From an uncultured Spirochaetota bacterium (GTDB lineage Bacteria > Spirochaetota > Spirochaetia > SZUA-6 > Fen-1364), in NCBI GenBank assembly GCA_963745235.1, contig CAVUXE010000058.1, positions 64,001 through 128,000 on the forward strand: 64,000 bases of DNA, given 5' to 3'. The stretch's first letter is position 1. Each line of letters starts with the position of its first letter. Shown here piece after piece: positions 29,828-43,405 of the stretch. The notes beneath the pieces are model-generated. The model was given only the letters and a program-made list of their open reading frames with translations. It was not told where the DNA came from and ran no database searches. The translations under genes and the position numbers were made by a program.

Positions 29828-30559
29828 ATGACATCCCTCGGAGCCGAGACGATATTCAGTTTCGCAGGATTCCGAGCGCCAAACACCCTCTTGGCGACGC
29901 TCGTCGTGGATGCCGTGATCCTTCTCCTCGTGGTCGCCGTGCGCCGGCGGATAGCCCTGGTGCCCGGGCGGTTCCTGCAGTCGGTGGAAGGAGTCGTCGA
30001 CTATCTGAAGACCACCGTTGACCAGGTGGCGGGCGTCCGGTCGGGAATGATCTTTCCCTGGGTCGCCGTCTTTTTCATCTATATACTGTTCAACAATCTC
30101 ATGGGTCTCCTGCCGGGCTTCGGCTCAATCGGGTTCCTGCGGGCCGCGGAGGACGGCGGGCAGCGGTTCGTTCCCATTCTCCGCGGGGCGACATCGGACC
30201 TGAACGTGACTCTCGCCCTGGCAATCGTGTCTGTGTTCGCAACACACATTCTGGCCATCAGGACCACGGGGCTCGTGGACTATCTCAAGAGGTTCTTCGC
30301 CCTGAACCCGATATTCCTCTTCGTTGGCCTGCTGGAAATCGTCCAGGAGCTGACAAAGTTCATCTCCTTTTCATTCCGCCTCTTCGGCAACATCTCGGGC
30401 GGAGAGATCGTGCTCGGCACCGTCGCCGCGATGTTTGCTTTCCTCCTGCCTGTCCCGTTCCTTGCCCTCGAGATCCTCGTCGGCGTGGTCCAGGCGGCAG
30501 TTTTCGCGCTTTTGACCATGGCATTCATGGCAATACTGACGGAATCATCTCATCACTGA
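29828..30559 (+). CDS. atpB: F0 ATP synthase subunit a
   Basis: NLMGLLPG, ATSDLNVTLALA, SFSFRLFGNI (essential Arg), LEILVGVVQAAVF. Confidence 0.95.
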   Translation: MTSLGAETIFSFAGFRAPNTLLATLVVDAVILLLVVAVRRRIALVPGRFLQSVEGVVDYLKTTVDQVAGVRSGMIFPWVAVFFIYILFNNLMGLLPGFGSIGFLRAAEDGGQRFVPILRGATSDLNVTLALAIVSVFATHILAIRTTGLVDYLKRFFALNPIFLFVGLLEIVQELTKFISFSFRLFGNISGGEIVLGTVAAMFAFLLPVPFLALEILVGVVQAAVFALLTMAFMAILTESSHH

Positions 30560-30781
<222 letters not shown>

Positions 30782-30797
30782 TCCCCGGAGGGAAGGC

Positions 30798-31310
30798 ATG
30801 GGAGACGCCCTCGGAGCTTTCCACATCAACTGGATGCTCCTCACCGGCCAGATCATCAACTTCCTGGTCATCGGGTGGGTGCTGTATCGGTTCCTGCTGA
30901 AGCCGCTGCAGGCCAACATGAAGACGCGCAGCGAAAAAATAGCCCGGGGCCTGCAGGACGCGGAAAAAGCGAGACTGGCCCTGGATGAGGCGGGCAAGGA
31001 GAGGGAACGGGTCCTTGCGGAGGCGTATGCCCAGGCTTCCCGGATCCTGGAGCGTGCCCGCGACGAAGCCGAGCGCCTCCGCGCTGCGGCCCTGGAGCGC
31101 GCGGGAGCGGATGCGGAAAGGATGATTGTCGAAGCGCGGGGAGTCATGGCGCTCGAGCGTCAGGAGATGGAGAGGGCCATGCAGGGCCTTTCCCTCCAGC
31201 TCTCCGGGAAGATCCTCGAATCCGTGGTCACCGACCTGTTCAGCGAGGATGAGAAGGCGCGGATCGTGGCTGAAGGCATGAAGCGGATCCGGGAAGTGGT
31301 CGTATCGTGA
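30798..31310 (+). CDS. atpF: F0 subunit b
   Basis: QIINFLV...LYRFLLKP followed by a coiled coil; position in operon. Confidence 0.92.
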   Translation: MGDALGAFHINWMLLTGQIINFLVIGWVLYRFLLKPLQANMKTRSEKIARGLQDAEKARLALDEAGKERERVLAEAYAQASRILERARDEAERLRAAALERAGADAERMIVEARGVMALERQEMERAMQGLSLQLSGKILESVVTDLFSEDEKARIVAEGMKRIREVVVS

Positions 31311-31645
31311 ACAGGCTGGCGGAGCTCAGCTTCACGCCGGCGGGAGAGATCGACGAAGAGATTGCCGCGCGGATCGTGGACAATCTCTCCCGCTCCCAGC
31401 TGAAGTCATATCTCGCGGCGCTGCGCCGGGAGATGAGGCGACGCCGGGTATACGTTGCGATCTCCGGGGGCAGGGAGAGCGAGGTGAGCGGAGCTATCGG
31501 GGAGAGATACCCCGGCAAGGAGCTTTCCGTGTACCGGGACGATGGCCTGGGCGCGGGGGTCAAGGTGAGCGCGGGTGACGACATCGTGGATGCCAGCGTG
31601 ATGGGCTACCTCAGGGAATTGCTGGAAGAGATTGGAAAGGCATGA
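31307..31645 (+). CDS. atpH: Short F1 delta subunit (112 aa)
   Basis: C-terminal D..LGAGVKV..GDDIVDASV motif; lies between atpF and atpA. Confidence 0.75.
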   Translation: MNRLAELSFTPAGEIDEEIAARIVDNLSRSQLKSYLAALRREMRRRRVYVAISGGRESEVSGAIGERYPGKELSVYRDDGLGAGVKVSAGDDIVDASVMGYLRELLEEIGKA

Positions 31646-33159
31646 AAGCTGAAGACCTGGTCAAACAGATAGAGCTGAAGCTGCAGAGGGCGGAAGTGCG
31701 CCCCGCCGTTGCCAACGTCGGGCACGTGGTATCAGTGGGTGACGGGATCGTGAAGGCGGACGGCCTTTCCCGCGCGGGGTACGGCGAGCTGGTGCAGCTG
31801 GAAGACGGAAGGCTCGGGCTTGTCATGAGCCTGGACGAGGACTTCGCTTCCATCCTGCTGCTCTCGGAGGAATCCTCGGTGCCCGAGGGCATGGAGATGA
31901 AGACCACGGGAACGCTGCTGTCCCTCCACGTTTCCGATGATCTTTTCGGCAGGGTCATTGATCCGTTCGGCAGCCCGCTGGACGGACGACCCCTGTCGGT
32001 TGCCAACTGGACGGCCGTCCCGCTGGAGCGCATAGCCCCGGGAGTGACGCAGCGCGCGCCCGTGGAAGTGCCCCTGAAGACGGGCATCAAGGTTGTGGAT
32101 GCCCTTACCCCCATCGGAAGAGGCCAGCGGCAGCTCATTGTCGGAGACCGCAACACGGGGAAAACGGCCCTCGTGGTGGACACCATCATCAACCAGCGCT
32201 CCCTGGACCTGGATCTTCCGCAGGTGGTCTGCGTGTACTGCGCCATCGGTCAAAAGAGGGGATCCATCGCCCGCACGGTGGCGAAGCTCGCCGAAGAGCG
32301 GGCGATGGGATACACCATCGTCGTGGCGGCAAGCTCCTCGACCCCGGCCGCAATGCAGTACCTCGCTCCGTTTGCAGCCTGCGCCATCGGTGAGTACTTC
32401 ATGGAAAAGGGCAGGGATGCGCTCGTGGTCTACGACGACCTTTCCAAGCACGCGTGGGCCTATCGGCAGCTCTCCCTGCTCCTTCGGCGCCCCGCCGGCA
32501 GGGAAGCCTACCCGGGGGACATATTCTATCTCCACTCGAGGCTCCTGGAGCGGGCCGCGAAGCTCTCCAAGGCAAATGGCGGGGGCTCCCTGACCGCGTT
32601 GCCCATCATCGAGACTCAGGCGGGAGACATCTCGGCCTACATCCCGACGAACGTCATATCGATTACCGACGGCCAGATCTACCTGGAGACAGATCTGTTC
32701 AACGCCGGACAGCGTCCCGCGGTGAACGCCGGTCTTTCGGTGTCCCGCGTGGGAGGCAAGGCGCAATCGAAATCCTTCCGCCAGGTCTCCGGCCTCATGC
32801 GCCTGGAGCTGGCCCAGTACCAGTCCCTGGCCGCCTTCTCCCAGTTCGGCTCGGACCTGGACGAGGCGACCCAGAAGAGGATCAACAGAGGCAAGCGGAT
32901 CGTGGAGATCCTCAAACAACCGCAGTTCTCCCCCCTGGGAGACCTGGAGCAGGTCATCAGCATCCACGCGGCGGGGTCCGGCCTTCTGGACGAGGTGCCG
33001 CTGGAGAAGATTGCGGAGTTCGAGAGCAGGGTCATGGACCACCTGCGCACAAGCAATGCCCCCCTGGCACAGAAGCTTGCCGGCGGCGGGCGCATGGATG
33101 ACGCCACGCTGAAGGAGCTCAACGAGGCCGTCACCGCGTTTGCAAAGACGGTGCGGTGA
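31642..33159 (+). CDS. atpA: F1 alpha subunit
   Basis: GDRNTGKT, RRPAGREAYPGD, PAVNAGLSVSRVG. Confidence 0.97.
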   Translation: MKAEDLVKQIELKLQRAEVRPAVANVGHVVSVGDGIVKADGLSRAGYGELVQLEDGRLGLVMSLDEDFASILLLSEESSVPEGMEMKTTGTLLSLHVSDDLFGRVIDPFGSPLDGRPLSVANWTAVPLERIAPGVTQRAPVEVPLKTGIKVVDALTPIGRGQRQLIVGDRNTGKTALVVDTIINQRSLDLDLPQVVCVYCAIGQKRGSIARTVAKLAEERAMGYTIVVAASSSTPAAMQYLAPFAACAIGEYFMEKGRDALVVYDDLSKHAWAYRQLSLLLRRPAGREAYPGDIFYLHSRLLERAAKLSKANGGGSLTALPIIETQAGDISAYIPTNVISITDGQIYLETDLFNAGQRPAVNAGLSVSRVGGKAQSKSFRQVSGLMRLELAQYQSLAAFSQFGSDLDEATQKRINRGKRIVEILKQPQFSPLGDLEQVISIHAAGSGLLDEVPLEKIAEFESRVMDHLRTSNAPLAQKLAGGGRMDDATLKELNEAVTAFAKTVR

Positions 33160-33168
33160 GAGGGGCGG

Positions 33169-35975
<2,807 letters not shown>

Positions 35976-35989
35976 CGTGTCGGCCTTTC

Positions 35990-36018
35990 TTGACGTTCGG
36001 CGCTGGCTGACTGATACT
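35990..36018 (+). promoter_or_regulatory. Promoter TTGACG-17-GATACT
   Basis: Hexamers with 17-nt spacer upstream of the TPR gene. Confidence 0.5.
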
Positions 36019-36034
36019 GGTCAGGGGGGAACAC

Positions 36035-36739
36035 ATGAACGCGCACGGAACACACCACGACCTTTTCGACCTCTCATCTCCGCAGACCGCGGAGGCCATG
36101 AGGCACCATCTCCTGGGGGAGCGGGAAGAGGCTGAGAAGGCCTTCGAAAAGCTCCTCCAGAAGGATCCGGACAACCATTTTTTCCACTATCTCCTTGGCG
36201 AGACCCAGTACGCGCTGGGCCGTCTCAAGGACTCCGTGCTCGAGTACCAGAAGGCCATCGACCTGAAGCCGGATTTCGGCGTTGCCTACTACAAGATGGG
36301 AGTCTGCTACCATCGCATGGGCCAGTTGGAAAAGAGCCTGGAAAGCTTCACGACCATTCTGAAGATGCGCGGGCAGGGGCACGCCATGGCCAGCTATTTC
36401 GTCGGCCTCATCAACCAGTTCCTGGGCAACGACGCGGAGGCGGAGGAAGGGTTCCGCGTCCTTCGCGGGTCATCACGCGAATCCCTGATCGCCAATTACT
36501 ACCTCGCCCAGCTCAAGATAAAACACCATCGCTACCAGGAAGCCCTTGACCTGCTTGAGGAGCTCCTGACGGCAACACCCAACCTCGCGGAAGTGCACTT
36601 CCAGAAGGGCATGGTGTTCATGGGCATGCACAACAACATGGAAGCCATTCGAAGCTTCCGAAAGACGCTGGAGCTGAACCCGGAGGATGCGCGCGCACGA
36701 AGCAACCTGGAGCTCCTGACGGAAGTCCCCGAGCCCTAG
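36035..36739 (+). CDS. TPR-repeat protein
   Basis: Repeated TPR-like helices, e.g. YQKAIDLKPDFGVAYYKMG and FRKTLELNPEDARARSNL. Confidence 0.85.
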   Translation: MNAHGTHHDLFDLSSPQTAEAMRHHLLGEREEAEKAFEKLLQKDPDNHFFHYLLGETQYALGRLKDSVLEYQKAIDLKPDFGVAYYKMGVCYHRMGQLEKSLESFTTILKMRGQGHAMASYFVGLINQFLGNDAEAEEGFRVLRGSSRESLIANYYLAQLKIKHHRYQEALDLLEELLTATPNLAEVHFQKGMVFMGMHNNMEAIRSFRKTLELNPEDARARSNLELLTEVPEP

Positions 36740-36759
36740 CGAGCCCTGCAGGGAAGCTG

Positions 36760-37986
36760 TTGCACCCCGTGGCGAGCCCTCTCCGCGTCGTTGTCATAGG
36801 CAACGGGATTGCCGGCACCATGACTGCCGCAAAGCTGCGCCAGCTGGAGCCTGATCCGGATCGGCTGCGGGTGGAGATCTACAGCCGCGAGCCATTCGAG
36901 TACTACTCGCGCATCCGCCTCCCAGAGGTCTTCTCCTCCCGCCTGAACGCGGAAGACCTGAAGATCTACAAGACCGACTGGTACGCGGGCAAGCACATCG
37001 ACGTCTTCAAGAACCAGGAGGTCGTGCGGATAGATCGCGCCGCGCGGCGCATCCGCATCCGAAGCGGCGCAGAAGTCCCGTATGACGAGCTGGTCCTCTG
37101 CATGGGCGCGGACAGCTACAAGCCCCCCATAGGGAATCTCGACCTGGATGGGGTCTTCACGATCAGGGAGTATGGAGACGCCGACGCGCTGCGCAACTAT
37201 CTCACCGCGGGGACGCGTCATGCCGTGGTGATCGGCGGAGGCTTGCTGGGGCTCGAAGCCGCCCGCTTCATCCAGGTCCCGGGTGTGGAGACTGTGACCG
37301 TGGTGGAGCTCTTCCCGCGCCTTCTGCCGCGACAGCTGGATGAAACTGGGTCGAGGCTCCTCGTGAAGCTCGTGGAGCGGCAGGGCTGCAGGATCATTCT
37401 GGGCGTGCAGGTCATCGAGCTTGTCGGGGAAAAACAGGTCCAGGGGCTGCGGCTCGCGGACGGACGGCAGCTGCCCGCCCAGACGGTGCTGATATCCGCG
37501 GGCATCAGCCCCCGGGTCTCGATGGCTCGAGAGGCCGGATTGGAAGTGAAAAGGGGAGTCGTGGCAGACGAGCACCTGCGCACCAGTGATCCCCACATCT
37601 GGGCGGCCGGGGACCTGGTGGACTTCCAGGGAATCGTATGGGGAATCATCCCCGCGGCCCTGGATCACGCGCCCGTGGTGGCCGGCAACATCCTGGGCGG
37701 CGGCCTGTCGTACCGTCAGACCATCCCTCAGAACACCTTGAAGGTGGCGGGGATCAACGTCACCAGCATCGGCAAGGTCATCCTGGAGCATGGCGAGGAG
37801 GACAGGTTCGGCGTGGTCGAAAGGCTTCAGGAAGAAAACAGCCGCTACGAGAAGTACCTGCTGGAAGACGGCGTTCTGGCGGGCTGCATCCTCCTGGGGT
37901 CACGTGAGAACTTCGGCTTCGCGATGCAGCACATCGGGAAGCCCGTCACGCGGGAAGAGGTGGCAGCGCGGCTTGACTGGAAATAG
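36760..37986 (+). CDS. NAD(P)H:FAD oxidoreductase (NirB N-terminus / NADH:rubredoxin oxidoreductase-like)
   Basis: VIGNGIAG, YSRIRL, VIGGGLLGLE, TSDPHIWAAGD, TLKVAG. Confidence 0.85.
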   Translation: MHPVASPLRVVVIGNGIAGTMTAAKLRQLEPDPDRLRVEIYSREPFEYYSRIRLPEVFSSRLNAEDLKIYKTDWYAGKHIDVFKNQEVVRIDRAARRIRIRSGAEVPYDELVLCMGADSYKPPIGNLDLDGVFTIREYGDADALRNYLTAGTRHAVVIGGGLLGLEAARFIQVPGVETVTVVELFPRLLPRQLDETGSRLLVKLVERQGCRIILGVQVIELVGEKQVQGLRLADGRQLPAQTVLISAGISPRVSMAREAGLEVKRGVVADEHLRTSDPHIWAAGDLVDFQGIVWGIIPAALDHAPVVAGNILGGGLSYRQTIPQNTLKVAGINVTSIGKVILEHGEEDRFGVVERLQEENSRYEKYLLEDGVLAGCILLGSRENFGFAMQHIGKPVTREEVAARLDWK

Positions 37987-38003
37987 TGCCGGCGCCAAGG
38001 CCG

Positions 38004-38053
38004 GCCCGGCCGTGGGCACCAGCGCCGGGTCGCGGCGCCCCTGACGGCCGGGC
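38004..38053. other. Stem-loop between convergent genes
   Basis: 10-bp inverted repeat GCCCGGCCGT/ACGGCCGGGC; no U-tract. Confidence 0.35.
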
Positions 38054-38061
38054 GGCTCCCC

Positions 38062-39522
38062 TCACGGCCCTGTGAACAATCCTATCAGCGAAAGCATGGG
38101 GCTCGGATAGACGCCAAGGGCAACCACGACCAGGGTCAGCACCGCAAGAGAAAGTCCCGTCAGGAGCGGTTGTCGAACCGCCTGGCCGGCGGAAACGGAG
38201 CCTTCCCGGCTTCGATACATCGCCGAGACCACGCGAATATAATAGAAGATGGAAATGGTTCCGTTCACCGCGAGGATGATGATCAGCGTCCACAGCTGGG
38301 CACCCGCGCCGGCGCTCAGGATGATGAACTTCCCCACGAAGCCGGCGGTGAAAGGCAGCCCCGCCAGGGACAGGAGCGACGCCGTGAACACCCCCGTGAG
38401 CCAGGGCGAGCGTGCGGCAAGGCCCACGTAATCCTCGATCATGTCGGCTTCTTTCTCCGGGGTGGAGAGGGCTGCCACAACGGCGAATGCAGCGAGCTTC
38501 ATGGCGAAATACGCAACGAGGTAGAAAGAGACCGCCCGAACGGCAAGCGTTCCCCCCGCCACAAAGGCCACCAGAAGGTATCCGAGATGGGCGATGGAGG
38601 AGTAGGCGAGGATCCGCTTGACGTTGTTCTCCCGCAGGGCCAGGAGATTTCCAACGAACATGGAAAGCCCCGCAATGATCGTGAATACCCAGGGGAACGC
38701 GCCTCCCGAGCCTCCGGGCGCGACAAAGGAGTCCGCCCCGATGGGGACGAGCAGCCTGACCAGCAGCACAGTCACGGCGCCCTTGGAAACCGTGGCAATA
38801 TACCCGGCGACAGGCGCGGGGGCCCCGTCGTAGATGTCCGGCGTCCAGAGATGAAAGGGCACGACGGCGAGCTTGAAGCCAAGCCCCACCATGATCATTC
38901 CAAGGCCGACAAGGGCAAGGATGCCGTCCGCCGGGCTCTTGCCGCCCGCTGTCCCGAGGGCGACCCTGCTGATTTCCATGCTCCCGGAAGCGGCATAGAT
39001 CAGGGCCATTCCGAACAGCAGGAACGCGGAGGTGACCCCCGCAAGGACCAGGTACTTGATGCCCGCCTCGGCGCCGGCGCCCCGTTCCCTCCTCCACGCA
39101 ATGAGGGTGTAGAGTGAGACGCTGAGCAGCTCCAGGCCAAGGAAGAATGTCGCAAACGCGCTTGCCGCCATGAGCACCATGGCGCCCAGGGATGCAAGGA
39201 GCAGGAGGAAATAGTACTCCCCCCGCGCCTGATCATGGCCGCGCAGGTAGGCCCAGGAGCTTGCGGTTACGAACACGCTGGCCGCCAGGATGAGCCCCAT
39301 GCCGAAAATCACAAACCGGTCGATAGTGAGGAGACCCCCGACCTCACGGGGAGCAGCGGTCCACGCCAGCCCGAGGGAGGCCAGCGCAACCACAAAACCG
39401 GCGAGGGTCAGCCCCGCGGCAAGGCCGTGTCGCCGCACGAAGGCGGCCGCCAGCAGGACGAGCAGGGACACCACGCCTGCCACCAGCAGGGGGAGAAGAA
39501 CAAGGATGTCCTGGATGCTCAT
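38062..39522 (-). CDS. nuoN: Complex I subunit N
   Basis: EAGIKYL, FKLAVVPFHLWTPDIYDGAP, KRILAYSSIAH, GFVGKF. Confidence 0.95.
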   Translation of the reverse strand: MSIQDILVLLPLLVAGVVSLLVLLAAAFVRRHGLAAGLTLAGFVVALASLGLAWTAAPREVGGLLTIDRFVIFGMGLILAASVFVTASSWAYLRGHDQARGEYYFLLLLASLGAMVLMAASAFATFFLGLELLSVSLYTLIAWRRERGAGAEAGIKYLVLAGVTSAFLLFGMALIYAASGSMEISRVALGTAGGKSPADGILALVGLGMIMVGLGFKLAVVPFHLWTPDIYDGAPAPVAGYIATVSKGAVTVLLVRLLVPIGADSFVAPGGSGGAFPWVFTIIAGLSMFVGNLLALRENNVKRILAYSSIAHLGYLLVAFVAGGTLAVRAVSFYLVAYFAMKLAAFAVVAALSTPEKEADMIEDYVGLAARSPWLTGVFTASLLSLAGLPFTAGFVGKFIILSAGAGAQLWTLIIILAVNGTISIFYYIRVVSAMYRSREGSVSAGQAVRQPLLTGLSLAVLTLVVVALGVYPSPMLSLIGLFTGP

Positions 39523-41018
39523 GCGCCACCCCCGACCGTTGCCAGCACCCCCGCCACTACCTGGTCGACAACGCGCAGGATTGCCTGGGGAAAGAGCCCC
39601 AGCACCACCAGGAGCGCGATCATGACATAGAGCACCCCCGTTTCCAGACCGGAAAGATCGGGGAAGACCCAGCTTTCGCGGGGGCTCCCATGGAACGCGA
39701 GCTGGATCATGCGAAGCGCATACACCATGGCAATCACGAGCCCTCCGCCCGCGAGCACCGTCACCACGATGCTCACGCGCTAGGTGCCCAGGAGGACCAG
39801 GAACTCGGATACGAAGTTGACGAGCCCCGGCAGCCCCACCAGGGCCATTGCGAGCACCAGCCCGCGGCGCCCATCCGGGGAGCCTGGCGCCAGAGCCCTC
39901 CCATGCGGTTCAGGTCACGTGTGTGGATCCGGTCCTGCAGGACCCCCACCAGGATGAACAGGGCGCCGGTGCTGATGCCATGGCTCACCATCTGGAGCAC
40001 GGCCCCGGAGAGGGCAATGCTGGTGAACGCGTAAATGCCGAGCAGCACGAACCCGAGGTGGCTCACGCTCGTGTAGGCAACCAGCCGCTTCATGTCCGAC
40101 TGGCTGAAGGCCATGAACCCGCCGTAGATGATGCCCGCCACCGCCAGGGCGATGGCAACGGGCGCGAACTCGCGCGAGGCGGCAGGGAAAAGGGGAATGG
40201 CGAACCGGATGAGCCCGTATCCGCCGGTCTTCAGGAGGAGGCCCGCAAGGATCACGCTGCCCGCCGTGGGCGCCTCCGTGTGCGCGTCCGGGAGCCACGT
40301 GTGCAGAGGGAACATGGGCAGCTTGACCGCGAAAGCGGCGAAGAAACCGAGCATCAGGACCATCCCCATGACCGGGGACAGGGTCGTTCCCAGGAGGTCG
40401 CGGTAGTCGAATGAGAGGGAGCCGCTTGCCATGCCGTGCACCACGGCCAGGCCGATGATGGCCACGAGCATCAGGAGCCCGCCGATCTGCGTGAAGAGGA
40501 AGAACTTCACGGCGGCCTTGTGGCGGTTCTCATGTCCCCAGATGTCGATCAGGAAATACATGGGGATGAGCATCAACTCCCAGAAGAAGGCGAACAGGAA
40601 GAGGTCCAGGGCCAGGAATACGCCGTTCACGCCGGCAAGCACGAGGGAGAGATTGAGATGGAAGAACCCCACCCGTTCGCGTATGCCCGTCCAGGAGGCC
40701 AGCACCGACATGATTCCGAGGAACGCCGTGAGGGCCACCATGACCAGGCTGAGGCCGTCCAGCCCGAGGGAGAAGGAGATCCCGAGGCTCGGTATCCACG
40801 GCCACTTCACCTGCGCGAGCCACGGCGCGGCGGCGGGCTGCATCTGGAGGGAGGCGAAGGGTCCGAAGTAGACCATCCAGAGGAGGGCCACCAGGAGCAG
40901 GTTCACGATATTTCCCGCCAGGGTGAGCCAGCGGCTGACCAGGGGGCGCCTTGCTCCGAAGGCCCAGCCGACAAGCCCGCAGAGCAGGGGAACTGGCAAT
41001 AAGGGCTACCAGGATCAT
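39519..41018 (-). CDS. nuoM: Complex I subunit M (indels and one in-frame TAG)
   Basis: LDGLSL, FWELMLIPMY, PLHTWLPDAHTEAPTAGS, KRLVAYTSVSH. Confidence 0.92.
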
Positions 41019-42997
41019 AGCAGCACCGCCGCCGCAATCACGAGCGCGGCCCCCGCGGCCACCCCGGCCGCGTACCAGCGGACCCTGCCGTTCTGCGTCC
41101 ATCGAAACGCCCGGGAGAGGAGCATGCTCAGGCCTCCCACGCCGTCAGAGATCCGGTCCGCCACGTCGCGCTCGTTCAGCTTCCACAGCCGGACGAACGG
41201 GCGCACGATGGCGCGGTCATACAGCCAGTCGAAGCCCCAGCCCTCCGGAAAAAATCGAACCGCCGGGGACCTGGCCGCGGAGGTGCCGGTTTTCGCGACC
41301 GCGCTGACCGCGCGCCGGGAGATCAGCCACCCGACCGGGATTCCCAGGAGGGAGCGGCCTCCGAAATGAGCTGGAGGATGCTGTCCGTGGAGAGCGGCAC
41401 CGCGGTCGCTTTCCCCGCCGGGCAATGCGGTTTCCAGGAACCGGGTGATGAACGGACTTCCGCCGAGGGTCCGCGGCAGATCGAGGAACCCTCCCACAAG
41501 GCAGAGCGCTGCCAGAATGGCGAGCGGGATCCCCATGATGACCCCTGCCTGCATGCCGTCTTTGCCTGCGGCGAGACCTCTTTGCCGGGGCCTTGGACAC
41601 CGTGAGCGCTGTCAGCTCCGCCGTGCGCCGCGCCATGCCCGTGAGCGGCCGCCCCCCTCGGCTTGCCGCCGAAGACCATGAACACGAGCCGGAACATGTA
41701 GACCGAGGTGACGAAGACTCCCGCGACCCCAAGCACCCAGAGGATGCGTCCGGCCCGGCCTGACTGCCACACCCGGGAGAGGATGAGGTCCTTGCTGGAG
41801 AAACCCGCCGTGGTCGGCGGAATGGCCGCGAGCGCAAGCGCGCCGATGAGGAAGGTCCAGAACGTGAAGGGCGATTTCCGCGCCAGCCCGCCCATGGCGA
41901 AGATGTCGTGCTCGTGGTTCATGGCGAGGATCACCACGCCAGCGCCGAGGAAGAGGAGGGACTTGAAGAACGCGTGCGTCACGAGGTGGAAGATCGCCCC
42001 GGACCAGGCGCCGACTCCCAGGGCCAGGAACATGTAGCCGAGCTGGCTCATGGTGGAGTAGGCGAGCACCCGCTTGATGTTCGTCTGCGTCGGCGCGCTG
42101 AACCCGGCGACGAGCACGCCCGCCAGGCCGATGATCGCCACGGCCGTCATGCACCGCGGGGGCAAGGGCGAACAGCGCGTGCGTGCGCGCGATGAGGTAG
42201 ACGCCCGCCGTGACCATGGTGGCGGCGTGGATGAGGGCGCTGACCGGGGAGGGGCCGGCCATGGCGTCAGGAAGCCACGTCTGCAGGGGAAGCTGGGCCG
42301 ACTTGCCCACCGCGCCGCCCAGGAGCAGGGCGGCCGCGGCCACGGCCAGGGCCGAGCCGACCGGCCAGCGCGGCGGTTGCCTTGCGCGCGATTTCCTGGA
42401 TGTCGAGGCGTGCCCAGGGTCGTGGCGATGAGGAAGAGCCCGATCGGCCAGGGACACGTCGCCGATGCGCGTGACGATGAACGCCTTGCGCGCCGAGCGG
42501 CCGTTCTCGGGGTCCGTGTACCAGAAGCCGATGAGCAGGAAGCTGCACAGGCCCACGCCTTCCCAGCCCAGGTAGAGCAGCAGGAGGTTGCCCGCCATCA
42601 CCAGGATGAGCATGGAGCCGACGAAGAGGTTCATGTAGGCGAAGAACCGGCTGTAGCCTTCCTCGTCCGCCATGAACCGCGGTGGAGTAGAGATGGATGA
42701 GGAATCCCACGCCCGTGACCACGAGGATCATGACCACGGAGAGGGCGTCCAGCGTGAAGGAAATGCTCGGAGAGAAGCCGCCGGCGTTGACCCACTGCCA
42801 GAGCGTGAGGGTCACCGAGCCGCCCGCGGGCGGGGAGACCCAGAAGAGCCAGACCGCGGCAATTGCCGCAAGCATCGAAAGCCCCACGGAGCCCGCGCCG
42901 ACTGCCGCCACCGCCGCCGCGCCCATGCGCCGCCCGAACACGGCCAGGACGAGGAACCCGAGAAGGGGAAACGCCGGGATCACCAGATCCAGCTCAT
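41015..42997 (-). CDS. nuoL: Complex I subunit L (several frameshifts)
   Basis: [44 protein letters not shown]. Confidence 0.92.
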
Positions 42998-43405
42998 CTC
43001 CGTGTCCCTCCCTGCGGGACTCCCACCGCGGGGGGACGCGCCCGTGCCGCGCCAACGGGACTGGCGGGCCTGGCAGTCCCGGGTGACCCGCCGGGGGTGG
43101 TTGCCCCGCCCATTCCCATGGCGTCGGCGTCCAGGTCCTTCCTGCGGCTGTACAGGAGAAGGAGCGCAAGCCCCACGGCAACTTCCGCGGCCGCCATGGA
43201 GAGAAGGAAGATGAACATCACCTGGCCGTCCGGCTGGCCCCAGCGCGCCCCGGCCACGACGAAGGCGAGCCCCGCCGCGTTGAGCATGATCTCCACGCAG
43301 AGGAGGATGAAGAGCAGGTTGCGCCGCACGATCACGCCGATCAGGCCCAGGACGAAAAGCACGCCGGCGAGGAGCAAGCCCGTATTCGAAGGGAACGGAT
43401 GCCAT
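42994..43405 (-). CDS. nuoK: Complex I subunit K with C-terminal extension (indel near start)
   Basis: [29 protein letters not shown]. Confidence 0.9.

Noticed and set aside
39780-39782. In-frame TAG in nuoM (LLGT*RVS) as stop-codon recoding
   Set aside because: It is a single case where TAC (Tyr) is expected, and TAG is the normal stop of pcrA, folE2, glmS and others. Probably a base-call error.
41560-41670. His/Gly/Ala-rich loop in NuoL
   Set aside because: His-rich loops at this position are common in NuoL.
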